From: Podarcis melisellensis
Lineage: Eukaryota
Direction: 5' to 3' (one strand)
DNA: 64,000 nt
Assembly (NCBI GenBank): GCA_964234715.1
Contig: OZ174281.1
Below are positions 50,188 to 63,860 of this stretch, in pieces; positions within the stretch are counted from its first letter, which is position 1, and each line of letters begins with the position of its first letter. Below the pieces are notes generated by a model. It made no database searches. It was not told the DNA's origin and saw only the letters and a program-made list of their open reading frames with translations. The position numbers and the translations under genes are program-made.

Positions 50188-50372
50188 CTGAAGAACATCT
50201 CCCAGGTCTGCAGTACTGATATCAGGATCTTCAGTGGTGTTAAAGGGAACAGGAGTGATTCTCACAAGCGTGAGCACTCTGGGTTCTGGGTATCTCCATA
50301 ACATCATTCCTGGGTTATCCTCTGTTTCATTGTAAAACACAACTTCATAGGCACTGGGTAGTTTCTGTGCAT
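50188..50372 (-). CDS. VPS13B: VPS13B exon C (185 nt): AQKLPSAYEVVFYNETEDNPGMMLWRYPEPRVLTLVRITPVPFNTTEDPDISTADLGDVLQ
   Basis: Acceptor tttgatag|AT, donor CAG|gtgggt; phase 1 to 0. Confidence 0.96.
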
Positions 50373-50673
50373 CTATCAAATTAGAAGGGGAAAAGCTGTA
50401 ATTGGTTATATAATTTCTAAAAAGGGAGCATGCTGGTTTATGAGACCAAAACAGTTAAAAACAAATCTCTTAGGATCAAACAGAGGGAAAATAAAAAAGC
50501 AGTTTCCCTGAGTTTTAAAAGGTCATAGTAAAATGGAAAGAAATCAAAAGGTAGTTTTCTACCAGATGCTTCTTTAATTACCAAAAAAATGCTGTTAAAG
50601 GAAAGTGATCCTTAATAGCCTACTACTGAAATTATTTTGTTATTGATGTGCGTTTTCAAAATGCTATTTGTAC

Positions 50674-50881
50674 CTGTATCTTGTATGTACTGAAACAGGC
50701 CTGTTCGCAGATCGTCTGACGTATGCTCTGTTTTAGAACTCTGGCTCCTGTCTGTAGGACTCTGCACCAAATGTGCTTGATCGGTGCTCTGCCCGTGCAT
50801 CCTGCCTTCTTGGACAAGGTAACTTTGCAGAAGTTCATGCAGAAGAAGTAAGCAGTTCAAATGCTCTTGTCCCCAAAAAAC
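50674..50881 (-). CDS. VPS13B: VPS13B exon B (208 nt): VFWGQEHLNCLLLLHELLQSYL...SDDLRTGLFQYIQDT
   Basis: Acceptor tttttataag|GTT, donor ACAG|gtacaa; phase 0 to 1. Confidence 0.95.
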
Positions 50882-53397
50882 CTTATAAAAAGAAAGCTAA
50901 ATTTAGCAACATTTAAGCACTTTGTGTTCAGCCATTCATGAAGCCAGCTTAATTGCTAGCAAGTTTATTCTAGGAATTCTCCAGACTTATCAGATAAACA
51001 GGCTCGAGCATCTTGAAGGGTTTAGAAGTTTAGACCCTGGCCCTGAAATATTTAAAAAAGCAGAAGCTATTTATAGTGGCAAAGATTTTGAGTGCAAGGA
51101 ACTAGCAGCAGGGTTTCTTATGACAGCTCACAGTGAACTTCCTTAAATCAAAGAAAAATAAAACTTATACCTTCCAGTAGTAGCAAGCAGAAAAGACAGG
51201 ATTCTTGGCTTTGCTCCTCTGCACAAAGCAGAGGTCAAGTAGAAAGAGACAGAGGTCTATGATGGGATGTAATACCCTTTAAAATTAATCAGAGAACCCT
51301 CAGAGAAGAAGAAAAATAAAAGAGGCATAGCCTTTTGTCAATCAACTTAATGGAATACAGATATAGAGAAGACACTGGGATCTTCCTTGTGGTATATGTT
51401 TGGGGAAGGTGAGTAGGGGCAAGCTGATCCTCTGCTATGTACAAAAAAGGAAGAAGATAGGATGTCGGGGAATTCAGGAAAACTTACACCATAGTAGTAA
51501 TACCTCTGCTGTTTTGTGAAATATATTATTCAAGTAGGCACCCCTGCTCTGTACATGACACTATGTGGCTTAGATTGCACAGATAAATCTACAGGAGGAT
51601 AGTGGGGTCTGGCCTAAGGGTATGGTTGCTGTCATTGGCCACTTTTTAGAAATGGTGGGTAAGAAAAGGAAATTGAAAGGAATAAGATTAAGAATTCAGG
51701 AAGAGCCTGCTGGATCAGACCAAAGGTCTTTCTGGTCCAGCATCCTGTTCTCACAGTGGCCGCCCAGACTGCCTGTGGGAATTAGGGTGGTGTAATAAGA
51801 AAACCTGCTGTAAACGTGGCTTCCATATGAGACAGAGAACGTGCCCAATCAATCAAGGTCATATACAGTTGCTAAAACTAGCACCTGCAATTTGTTCAAG
51901 GCCTCTAAAGATGAGGAGGAGGACGACAAAAAGTATTACAGAAATGTAATGACTTTTCTAGTGTTCAGAGCTCATCACGTAAATTCTTTCTGTAATCCTT
52001 ACATCAGTCGTACTGTGTATAATAAATCCCAGCAAATCATACATCCTACTTCTCTTTTAGTCTGCATCCCATGGCTATATGCCATGATGACTATATGCTG
52101 CCTCCAGGTTCATAGGGAGCAGGCCTCTGAAAAATCAGCTATTGGAGGTCAACAGAGGGAGGGGTTTATTGCTCTCTGTTTATTTCTCTTGTGTCTATTC
52201 TTAGACTGCAAACTCATTGGCACATGGATTTGCTTTCTCATTCTTTGTAAAGCACCATCTACAACAGATGGCACTATATAAAGAAACAAACAACCCACAC
52301 ACCAACAATCTTGCAAAGGAAGTCACTTTTACCCCCAATATAGCAAAGGAATGGGGAGCAGATAGTGAGGTCCCCTTAAGAATACATGGCTGAGGTAAAA
52401 ATTGAAAAGGAGACTTCCAGGCTCAGTGTCTTAGCTGCCACATTACACCAATTCTACCCCCATGCTTTTCTCCCCACAGCAGTGACATTCAAACTGAGGC
52501 TCATGGCTAAACTCTCTCTTCACTTGGCTGCATCTTGTGGTTAGTGGCGTTGAGAGCATAAGCACAAGTCCCAACTTGGCAGCAGTCGAAAGGACTAGCA
52601 AGGAGCAAGGCAGGAGGCAGCATACTTGCACAGTCCTGCTAAGCCAAGGTTTGCTTGAGCATGTGGTAGAAACTAGGCCGCTGTCTAGCAACTGATAGTC
52701 TTCGTGTTCCTCCTCCTCTCTCCCAAAATACCTAAAGTAGCTACAGGTTGCAGAAAGTGTTTGAGCAAATAGGTCGTGTAATCTGCCCAAAGGGCTGCTT
52801 CTGTGAGTTGACATCTTTACCAACACCCAGCCTCTGCCCCTCTGCAGCTCCTGCCCCTTTTCTCTGGAAATTGATCTGCGGTTCAGGTACTATCAAATGC
52901 CAGATACCAGGAGGCTCTTAAGATCAATGGAACGTCTGCTTCTGATGGTTGGCACTTTTTAACAACAAACAGACAGCAACTAGGCTCTGGAACATCTGCC
53001 ATGTTTAGTCACTAAACGTTGGATTCTTTTCAAGTTAGGAGAGGTTTTGTAAAATGAATATTAAAAACCCGTCACAATCAACACTACGAAGTGATTCCTG
53101 TGAATGTTTCCAATATTGCTATAAGACTGGTGTTTACTTATTAGAGCTGCAAACCTGGATCATGCTTGCATAGCACAGAGTGCTGAAGAGGGTTTTGCTA
53201 GCAATTGGATACTTCCTAAGGGGCACTCAAAGCTGAATGTCAGTTTTCACACACACACACACACACATTTTTTGGGGGGGTACACATGGTTTAAAATGTT
53301 CTGTAATCTGGTATGGGGGGTCTTCTTCATGCTTCTCAACTTAACACCGTTCATAGTTAAACAAATAAGAATTACTCAACATGATCCATATACAAAC

Positions 53398-53600
53398 CTG
53401 CATCAGTCCACCTCTCACATCAACATAGACTTTTGGAACTGACAGCTCTGGACCAGGATTACCACTGTGTTTACACCATTTGGCTTCTACAGCAACCGAG
53501 CAGCAAACAGGTCCAACCAGAGTTCTGCTTTTTTCTTGGACACTTGTCTTAATTAGGATATCACTGATGTCAAGCATAAATGACGATCCATTAATTATTC
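53398..53600 (-). CDS. VPS13B: VPS13B exon A (203 nt): GIINGSSFMLDISDILIKTSVQEKSR...EAKWCKHSGNPGPELSVPKVYVDVRGGLMQ
   Basis: Acceptor cattag|GA, donor CAG|gtttgt; phase 1 to 0. Confidence 0.93.
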
Positions 53601-53707
53601 CTAATGTTCAAATGGACAAAAAACATATCATTACAGTTCGTTGTGTGCACAAACCCATTTCTTAAATACATTGGTATCATTTTCTTTCATAGAAAGAAAG
53701 GTCAATA

Positions 53708-53948
53708 CAGTGGTACCTCGGTTTAAGAACAGTCCTGTTTACGAACAATTTGGTTTACAAACTCCACAAAACCGGAAGTAGTGTCCTGGTTTAAGAACTT
53801 TACCTTGGTCTAAGAATGGAATCTGAGCAGTGGAAGGGCACCGGCGGCGGGAGGCCTCATTAAGGAAAGAGCACCTTGGTTTAAGAACGGTTTCAGTTTA
53901 AGAACGGACTTCCGGAACGGATTAAGTTCATAAACCGAGGTACCACTG
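53708..53948. mobile_element. Tc1/mariner MITE, same family as 29234-29478, opposite orientation
   Basis: Same TIRs and TA TSD; interior aligns to the reverse complement of the 29234 copy. Confidence 0.9.
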
Positions 53949-56900
53949 TAGGTCCATCCATAGCTGTGCATAAAACAGTAATTTTTACCATTTGTTTTAT
54001 TTCATGAGCAACTAATTAATATTATATGAAAACACAAGGCAACTTACAAAGAGAACTTCTCATTCTGTATATTTAAAAACACAAGGGTAATATTTATGAA
54101 AATATTACTTGACTGGAGAAAAAACTAGGCATCAAATGCAAACGATTCTGCGGCAAAACCACTTCACTTATCGTAAAAGGTTTTTCAGGCACTTACATAC
54201 TCAAGTCATCTACTGTATGTCCTTGGACTGTGACTAGAAAGAGCTAAGGATTCAGCCTTTCCAGCTGAGAGGGAGCTTAAGAAATGTGATTTTGTCTGCC
54301 AAGTTGTTAATACAATGCATAACGCTACACTTTGAAAGACAGAGGCCAGTTCACATGTAACAACACTAAGCCAAAACCATGGTTAAACATGAATGCAGGA
54401 GAGTGTGGGTACTCAGAGTAAATTCTCAGCTACTTAGCTTCTCCCCTGCTCTACTGTTGCTGCAACTACCAGGAGAAAAGCCATGGTTTGACTTTTATCT
54501 TATATCTGAAGCCAGGCTTGCTGTTTGTTTCACTCTAGACAAACCACAAGCTGTACAAAGCTTTGTTCTTGGATCCCACTGGATCCCAAGCCAACCCCAC
54601 GGCTGTCATTTGATGGCACTGGGCCCAAACTAGGCTGTCACAGCAATCTGCCTGCCCCATATCTTCTTTCTGGGCTACAGATGTGATGGCGGCTCTGCTG
54701 CTCCATCACACATTGCTGGGCAGCAGCTGCAATGTGGATTGTTCTGTAAATTATTACTTGGTGATTAAAGTACCTTAGAACAATAATATGAATTCAAGTT
54801 CTTAATCCTCTTCCAGAAACGAAAACAAGCAAGAAGGTAAGAAGAAGGCTCAAACGCTCCTTGCTCTCTACCTCCAGTGCAGCAACTTCCGGTTTAAAAA
54901 CAAACTGGAGCAAACTCAGCTTCATTTAAACCATGTGTTTACTAACTTCAGTAACAACCAGGATCACAAACAATAGCATGATCCTGGCTTCTTTCAACAA
55001 ACCGTATCTTGAAATTCTTAACCAGAGTTCCTCCCAATTTCTACATAGCCATCGACATTAACTAGTTTAAAGCAGAAAACGGATGCCAAGAAAAAAAGAA
55101 AGAAAATTAAAGAGAACATACAGTTACATACAATTTACATAAGCTAATAGACCATTCTCTACCTTCTCTTCACTGAATATATTTTGCCACTTTTGTAATT
55201 CCTGCTATCAAAATAAATTGCTATATGTAAAAAAGTAACATAACTATTTGCAGTTAATGTTTATAACATCTTGAAGTGGTTACACTGCTAGATATAATGT
55301 CCCAAAATTATTTTATCTGAGCAAAAGATTGCCTATAATTCCATATACTTCTATTGTAGTTTGAAGTCCTGCACCTATTTCCCACCCACCCACCCACCCA
55401 CCCATCCACCCATTCATCCACACTTTAGGAGATTAAATTGTGTAACACTGGACTTAAGGATCAGGGAGTCTTCCCCTCCACTACCAACTTTGCTATTCAT
55501 ATTTTGAATTATCGTTGTGAATATTAAATTTCGGCATACTTAATTTGTAACGCTTAAGGCTTATTTTTCTAACGTAATTTAATATTTATAAAAGATGAAA
55601 GATTAAGAAACACCTAGGGCATACAACAGACAGCTGTTTTGGAGAATGGGATTTTCAAATGTCTGCTAAAAGAATGAACTCTAATAAGTCAAAACTCTAT
55701 CCCATGTATAATGTAGACACACCTGTGTCAAATATGTGCTGGGGGAGGAAGAAGCAGAGGGATTTGCTTATGAATCTTTTTTAGAAATTAGGAAAAATTG
55801 GTCTGCTTCCTTAATGTAAATTTCCAAATGTAACTATCATGCCAAGAATAATTTCATAAATGTATTGAGTTATTGCTCCTTAAGAATAAGGTTTATGTTA
55901 CTGAACAATAATGTGCACAAGACATTTTTTTATTTTTTGGCAATGAATATTTGCACAAAGCTTTTACTGAATTTGATAGCAAGAATGGAAAAATCTCAGG
56001 CCCCAAACCAAGTGTTGCTCAGGTGCCTCTGTCAAAGAACATCTGTACATGGATTACAAAATGGCGCACATGCCAAAGCAAAGCCACACAGGCACCAGAT
56101 TCACACTCCTCACAGAGACAGTGCAATCCTAATAGGGGACTTCTCTTAAACTGCAGTTAAGAGACCCAGAGTGGACCACAGGGTCACATAACACAAGAAG
56201 TTGCCCTATACTCTAAACGACCATTGGCCAGTGCAATCATCCCTCTGCTGTACAGGTGTGAGTGCCAATTCTTGTGTAGGGAAAACAGCATCACCAATGT
56301 GTGAGAGGCTGATATAAATAAAAATAGTAGGAAATGCAATGGAAGCTACCTTCCTCTACCCACAGCTAAAACACAACTGTGCACAAGCGCAGTACATGCC
56401 TGACTCACTCAGGTCCTCTGTCATAAAAAAAGATTTGGAAACAGGCTCTTGACTATGCATGTTCAGGGAAGGAAGCAGGCAGCAGGTGAGAATTCTATTA
56501 TGCCAACCTATTGCTGCCTAGTCACTCTCACCTGAATGGATTTCTCCGCACACTGGGCTAGTGGAAAATTTTGAAGTGCAGGAGCTCATGGTGACAATTT
56601 TCATGACTGCACCACCAAAGAGGGACTAAAAATGCTACTTTCTAAAAGTAAAGAACCAATAAACCTTTTGGTCTTTTAAGATAGCGCAGAAGAGGCTTTT
56701 GCCGGGTAAATGAATGAAACTCACAAGTTTTCAGCACTGGCAACCAGTGCTCCTGCAAGTGACATAATCACTCCTGCAATGAAAAAAGTACTGGAGGTAT
56801 GCACCCTCATGTCCCTGCTCTTCTATGCCACTGCCCTCTTAAAATCATGTCACAAAGGGATACATATATCCTTTGTTCCTTGCATCTAATAAAGCTTCCT

Positions 56901-59577
56901 GCCTCAGTACTTAACCTTTTAAGATCTCATTTGGACTCTAATGAGGTATCTGAAGAAAGAGAAATGAGAGAGGGAAATTACCCCCATTTCCTTCCCTATG
57001 TGCAGTACTCATTGCAACAAAATTGTTACCAGGTCGTTCGGCTGTTGCCCATGAACATGCAACCCTTTAATATCAAGATGCAACCTGCATGTGTCTTTAG
57101 CTAATAGCAGAAAGCTACTAAGATAAGAGCAATGCAATGTTCCAGAGACAAGGACCTTCCTCTTCAGCCCCTTTTGGTCCACATCTACTTCTGAAAGGTT
57201 TATTTCTGAGGACCAGCAGGCATTTTTTGCAATACAGAATTACGTAATGCAACCCAAGCACCTTTCACTGAGCTAACATCTCCAAAGTTAGTTTCACTGC
57301 TTGTAATAAATGCAGCTATGGCTACCCAGGGATCCTGGTTAACCAAGTCCTACCATCACTTTTATGGGAGTGGGCCATAAAAGCTGAGGCCTATTACCTA
57401 TTATTTAAATCACCGTTGAGCCACAGAACCACCCCAAAACTTTTCTACTGCCCTAAACATCAGCACGTGTGACCAGATGGGTGTGCCCACAATCCCTTGT
57501 GATGTTACCAAACTGTCTTCTAATGCTGAAAGGGATCCCGGGACAAATTCTGCTTCCTTGGCATAGCTGAAATTGTCACTTGGCTTGCTTGGCCCTGTAA
57601 AAATATTATACCACAAAGCCTGATCCAAGAAAAGCCTTGTATACTTTTCACCAAAGGGCATATCTAGAAGCCTACAACAGCATCAATGCTGGAATATACT
57701 GTATTTTCAATTAGGTGGGATAGTGATAAAGAGACATTCCAAGTGGTATGAATTTCATTCAAGCCCCAATGATCTATAAAAGAAAAAGGCTCTATGAATT
57801 TCAAGCAATGATGATTTACATTGTGCAAAAGAACTGCACTGGGATGCAGGACAATTTTGAAATGTATTCTTTTATTTTAATCTTACTAAGAGCCAGAATT
57901 TTCCTCAAGGACATTATAACTTTCTTCTTCAGCTGTTCTGTTCCGTCTTTGAGGTGAAATAAATCTTGCTATATAAATCACAGCGCACCTAATGAAGGGG
58001 AATATTCAGTCAGAAGTCACACAAAGTGCAATCATGAGAGGGTTAACGGAGTAAGTACTTTAAAAACAGCTGAAGACAGACAGCTATGAACATACAGCAA
58101 GAATAATGGTGAGTGAAATAAGGCATGGGCTTTAGTAAAGCTTCTTTCAGTGGAGCATCACATTCAGAGAAATCTCTATAGGCTGCCATGTGTGGACAAA
58201 CGGAATTTGCATCCTAAAGGAAAGAAGCGCAGAATACCAATGGAACATATATCTGTGTGCCCAGAGTCTTATTTTAGGATTTCTAAGCACCTGGTTGAAT
58301 TACAAAGTATGAGCTGAACTTATAAGGTTACTTTCCTATGACTGAATAGCTCTGCTTGAAAAGATGAAATGAAGTGAAATTCCCCTTCCCACTCACCCAA
58401 AGGACTTTATACACCTTCCTTCGGCCTCCCTCAAAAACCTACCGTAGAATTTGTTCTTGCCTTTAAACAGATTAAATCATGGCAACAATTTCAACTCAAC
58501 CTGATATGGCAGCTCACTGAATCAATGTATCTTCGCAAACGACTGTTGTAATATCCAGAAGTTAACACGCTCGGCTCGCATCGCCGCTTGCTGTGCCCTC
58601 GCATACTTTTCAGGGAGCGCAATAATTTAGCACGAGGAGCAAGCAGTTTCACGACTTTTAAAAATAGCCCTTCAGGAGACTAATAAAAATGAAGCACTTG
58701 GTTTGGATGATGTTTACAAAATGCTGCCAGCCTTACATTGTCAGGCTCTGCTTTGATCTATAATAGCAGTCGGATGTACCACCGTGCTGATGGAGCAAGA
58801 GACAATCGGGCTTCTTTACAACGAGGCTTCTGTATGTCATTATAAAGATTAGTCTGGGATGACATATGTTAGCAAAGAATATCCAGGTATTCTTTATACA
58901 GCTGGAAATGATTTAGGACCACTTGACAAATCCGCAAGTCTGTGGATGGATACTATCCAGAAGCTGATTTGCATGACAATTACATCAAGACTGAATTATT
59001 AAAATCCTATAAAACCAAAGGCTGCCCTCCACCATTTGACTTATTTATCCTTGTTGAAAATGAGATATTAAAACATGTTGTACAGTGATAGTTGAGAGGA
59101 GCAAATAAGTAAGGGCAAGGGTCTTCTATTCGCAAACAGCAAAATTCCAGTGGTTCATGTATTTTGTATTTCCCCCAGGGTATTTGAGTATACATACATA
59201 CATAAATAATTATATTTGTATGTTATACTGTAAGGAGGAGGAAATCTTAGAACACCCTTCACCTTTCCATTTCATCCTCTTGCAACTCTTCCACAAAATC
59301 TATAATGCCTTCAAGCTACATCCTGCTTGTTTTTGGTCCACAAGCAAGACGAATAGTAAGCCTGCTTCATTCCCATTCCACAGCCAATACTAGCCGCCAC
59401 TGCCTGTGAATCCCAGTTAATGGGAACCACATGGGAAGATTGCTGTTGTGTTCAATTCCTGCTTGCAGGCTTTCCATAGTTGGCCACTATAAGAACAGGA
59501 TGCTGGACTACATTGGCCATTGGCCTGATCCAGCAGGACATCTCTAATGGGCTTATGCTCTTAAAACTAATGAGGGA

Positions 59578-59886
59578 TAAAGGTAAAGGTAAAGGGACCC
59601 CTGACCATTAGGTCCAGTCGTGGCAGACTCTGGGGTTGCGGCGCTCATCTCGCTTTATTGGCCGAGGGAGCCGGCATACAGCTTCCAGGTCATGTGGCCA
59701 GCATGACTAAGCTGCTTCTGACGAACCAGAGCAGCGCATGGAAACACTGTTTACCTTCCCGCCAGAGCAGTACCTATTTATCTACTTGCACTTGGACGTG
59801 CTTTCGAACTGCTAGGTTGGCAGGAGCAGGGACTGAGCAACAGGAGCTCACCCTGTCACGGAGATTCGAACCGTCAACCTTCTGAT
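59578..59886 (-). mobile_element. Sauria SINE (Squam1), 5'-truncated
   Basis: Highly similar to the 9663 copy but stops inside the tRNA head (A box missing). Confidence 0.9.
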
Positions 59887-61765
59887 GCAGTTATTTACTC
59901 CCTGAAAGGGTCTCTGGTCACTGCAAGTGCTCAAAGGAAGCGCTGTCCCCATATAGATGAGTTCTTTCTCGGATTCTCCCCTATCTAATTTTAAATGGTC
60001 AATGGGGTTTCAAAAGATTATGCAGAGACTCACACACTTGAATATTAAAAGATGAAAGAACAGAGCTGTTGAGCAGGTACACCAGTTAACAGAAATTGTG
60101 TGCTAAATGGAATGACCAGACCAACACCATCAGCAAAGAAACAGAAGACATCAAGTTAAGTGAAAATGCTAGCAATGATCGAGTACAATGAATTAGACTA
60201 CTGGATTTCTCATTAGTGTGAAACAGAGTCTTGTGATGGTTCATTCTCCCCAAGAGTACTATATTTCTGCATTACCAATTAACCATTCTTCACCGAGAGA
60301 GTTTTTCAGCATTGTATATGGCCACATGTGGGCTCTGTAAAAACACAAGATGTGTTACCAATGGTAAACAGAAATTAATGACCTTGAACAGACCAAATCC
60401 TTGAATTCATCATTAATGTATGTCCCTCCTGCATTACAGCAGCTCTGGCAGCTTGAGCATGTATTTTCTTCAAGTACTTCAAACACAAAGAATTCAGGAA
60501 CATCTATTACTTTAATCCATTGCAGGCAGTGCTTGATTTAACTTTATTGGCTGTGCTGGCGGTAGTGGGATATATATTGAGGGGCAGACAGCAATGCTCT
60601 CTTACGCATCTTTTCAAAAGGGCTTAATTATATTTTATAGCCTGGGCCAGGAGTCCTGCTTGTTTTGTGTCTAACAAGGTTCAAGTGGAGTTCAGGCCAG
60701 TGATGAATCAGAAGCAAAGTCAAAGATGGTTATCTTTATGAAATGAGCTCATCTCCATTTAAGCAAGGCTAAGCAGGTACATCATGTTCAATACTGAACA
60801 CTAAACAGCCTGGAAATCACAAGATAGCCAGTGATTTGATAATTTTTGATTTATTTATTGTTTCAGCAACTTGGTTCACAGCAAATACTGCCCTAATTCT
60901 GGACACTTTTTCACCTTCAGTCAACTACTATTTTATGCATAGAATTATCTACTAAATAAATGACTACAAGAATGCAGTTCAAAACAATTTAGCCTTATGC
61001 TTGAAAATAGTATAGTAGTTTATTACTACCCAACTGGGAAGTAAGGAAATGACAATATGGGAGTGGTTGTTAAATTCAGTTCAGACAGAACATTTTAAAG
61101 TAGCAATACCCCTAAGTACACTTTCCATTTTTCTGTAGGGCAAACCCCTCTTAAAGCACGTGCAGAAAAAGTTTCTGGAAGATTGTGTCCCTAATCTCGG
61201 GAGTCTCCCTTCTATCTTCTATTTACTAGATCCCAGCTGTTCCAGCAAAGTATAACTTTACAGCTAACAATATTCTGATAGTAGTTTTATAATAGTAAAA
61301 TATAATGTGTCAGGTCCAGGACTCCACCGTACCGATGTCATGCACAGCACATACATCAATTTAATAAACAAAATGTTCCTTTCTCAGAGGATATGCGATT
61401 ACATCCATTATGAATGTAACAGTAAGGGGGGAAACGTTTTGAAAGGAACAAAATAGTTTAAGATCAGTCCATCTGAATGTCATCCCTGCTTTGCACTTTC
61501 CTAAGTGAACTGGCAGGTGGAACTACAGTTTTAATGGGCATATATCTTTTGAGCGTTTTCTTTCCCAAAATCAGCAAGCTACAGTTAATTTGTATTTATT
61601 TGGGGGGGGGGATAGGACATGCCAGTTCATCAGTAGCAACTCTGAACTCTATTATAAAGTAACAGTAGGGAACCTGACCAGGATTAATAGTGGTACTCAG
61701 TCCTGGGATTAGGTGGTGTCTGATTTCATGGATTTTAGGCCATCTGTTCTTCCCTCCTACATTTA

Positions 61766-61945
61766 NNNNNNNNNNNNNNNNNNNNNNNNNNNNNNNNNNN
61801 NNNNNNNNNNNNNNNNNNNNNNNNNNNNNNNNNNNNNNNNNNNNNNNNNNNNNNNNNNNNNNNNNNNNNNNNNNNNNNNNNNNNNNNNNNNNNNNNNNNN
61901 NNNNNNNNNNNNNNNNNNNNNNNNNNNNNNNNNNNNNNNNNNNNN
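61766..61945. other. N-gap (180 nt)
   Basis: Run of N. Confidence 1.
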
Positions 61946-63389
61946 GACCTGATGAGGTCTCCACCTTTCCTTGAGTGTTGTGTTTAAGCTACTTGGGACA
62001 CAGTGTCAAAACTGACAGGACCCTGATGCCTACACCCAATATTCATTACGGTTCGTTAGTGATTTGTATAGCTGTCTACAGGCTGAACTTCCACTTCAAT
62101 CCTCGGTGGCCATTAAAATGTTTAGTTTGTCCTCTGGCTTTTACTGACAAAGAATTCATTTCCTATTGTTCAAGTGTTGGAAAGAGTTTACAGTTCTTTC
62201 TAAAAGTAACAAAGGTCTTCTGGGTGCTGTAAATGGATTGTTACTCTAGCATATTATTTTAGGTAGTCAAAATTAATTTGATGTTTTATTTCTCCTTAGG
62301 CTAACTTATAGATCTGAAGCATCCAAGGGCCATTGCAACATCTTAGTAGACTTCTCTCATGAGAACCAGTTAATTCTCAGTTGGGGAAGAATGTTTTCTG
62401 CTCAATACTCATCATTAACCACTCTGATTTCTAATATTTTGCAAATATTTCCACTGCACTACATTTTGAAGAATTTTGAAGAAATTCAGACTATTTTTTT
62501 TGTTTGTGTTGCTGAATATTTAAAGATAAAATATCACACACAATAAAAACCACAACAGATGTTATTCTGAAGTGCAGCTATACAGTTCACTGCATTTCCT
62601 TCTCTAGCCATTTGTTGTTTTAAATGGATCCTTTCACTTTGCAGAATGCATATATCACTACTCCTTCCTTCCACCTCAAGACCATTTAAGGACTGTTTGC
62701 AAAATGTATTTATAGTTTTGCTTGCATAATTTTGAGGTGCACAAAAGGAAACTAAAAAAAACAAAACCACAACCCGCCATTTTTAGAAGGTTTATACCGT
62801 ATAAATATTTTTATAAACAAACACCTAACTTTAACCACAAACTGGTTATAAGCAACACCTTAATTTTCTTTTATCGTGACGTATCTTACTTGGCTTTACT
62901 CTAAACTAAAAAGGAAAAAGTTCCAAAATGCTCCAACCTTTCCTCATAGTGGAAGTGGCCTAGGACCCACCAGTGGGCTATAGGCCTCAGTGTCACAGCC
63001 TGTCATGAGCCTCTTCTTCACTAGCCTGCCGCATCTCCTAGCTGTGCCATGGTACTTTTGGTTAGACCACTGCCAGAACCAGCTACTGCTTGCATGCTGA
63101 GTAAAGCTGGTTGGATTACAGAGTTTTTAGGAGGGAGTGGAGGAGGGGGAGGTCTCCCTACTCTGAGGGGAAAGGATAAGAGGAATTTTTGAAGAATATT
63201 AGAAATAATAATACTAATGCATTATAAGCTGGAGCCAAACAATACACACATCTCTCTGATGTAGATACCCCTTGTTCTCATTGAAAAGTTAAATAATAAT
63301 TGTAAACAGAATATACATTTTTAAAAGCTTGGTATAGAACTCAAGACCCAACTCCATTTAATAACTCCAATCTGTATTTAATATCTGTA

Positions 63390-63860
63390 TGAGGTCTCCA
63401 GGGGAGATCTCAAGGAGATTTGGGGTAAGGTGTTACCAGCATACTGATGATTCCAACTCTTTTGCTCAGTAACATCTGGATCAGAAGAGGCTGAGCAGGT
63501 GCTAAACTGCTGCCTGGATGCAGTCGTGGGCTGAATCTAGACAAGGCAAATATCCTATGGATGGGTAGTTAGTTCCCAGGTCCAGGAATGGATTGTGCAC
63601 CAGCTCTGAATGGTGTTGCATTTCCTCTATAGGTGCATAGTCTGAGGACACTCCTATAGCCAGTTATTGCTGTCTCTAGGGACTCAGGTGACCTCAGTGG
63701 TTCAGAGTGCACAACACCAACTATGTCTGTTCCTGGGCAGGGACTGTCTTGCCATGGTGGCCCATGTATTGGGAGCATTATGATTAGATTACTTTAATGT
63801 GCTGTCTGTGGAGCTTCACTTGCACCTAGCTTGGAAGTTACAGCCTGTGCAAAATGCTCG
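63390..63860 (+). mobile_element. Decayed L2 LINE RT fragment
   Basis: QHTDD (degenerate YADD) near 63438; LDYFNVL near LDYCNAL; ttacagcctgtgcaaaatgc near LQxVQNA. Confidence 0.6.

Larger units (their letters stand above)
3420..53600 (-). other. VPS13B: VPS13B gene body (partial; 18 internal coding exons, gene continues beyond both window ends)
   Basis: Spliced exons give one open frame (phases 1-0-1-0-2-1-0-0-0-0-0-2-2-0-0-0-2-1-0, assuming 162 nt for the exon in the N-gap). Peptides such as EAKWCKHSGNPGPE, MLWRYPEPRVLTLVRITPVPFNTTEDPDISTADLGDVLQ and LHICIEGWGNWRWSEPFSVD match human VPS13B as recalled. Confidence 0.97.
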
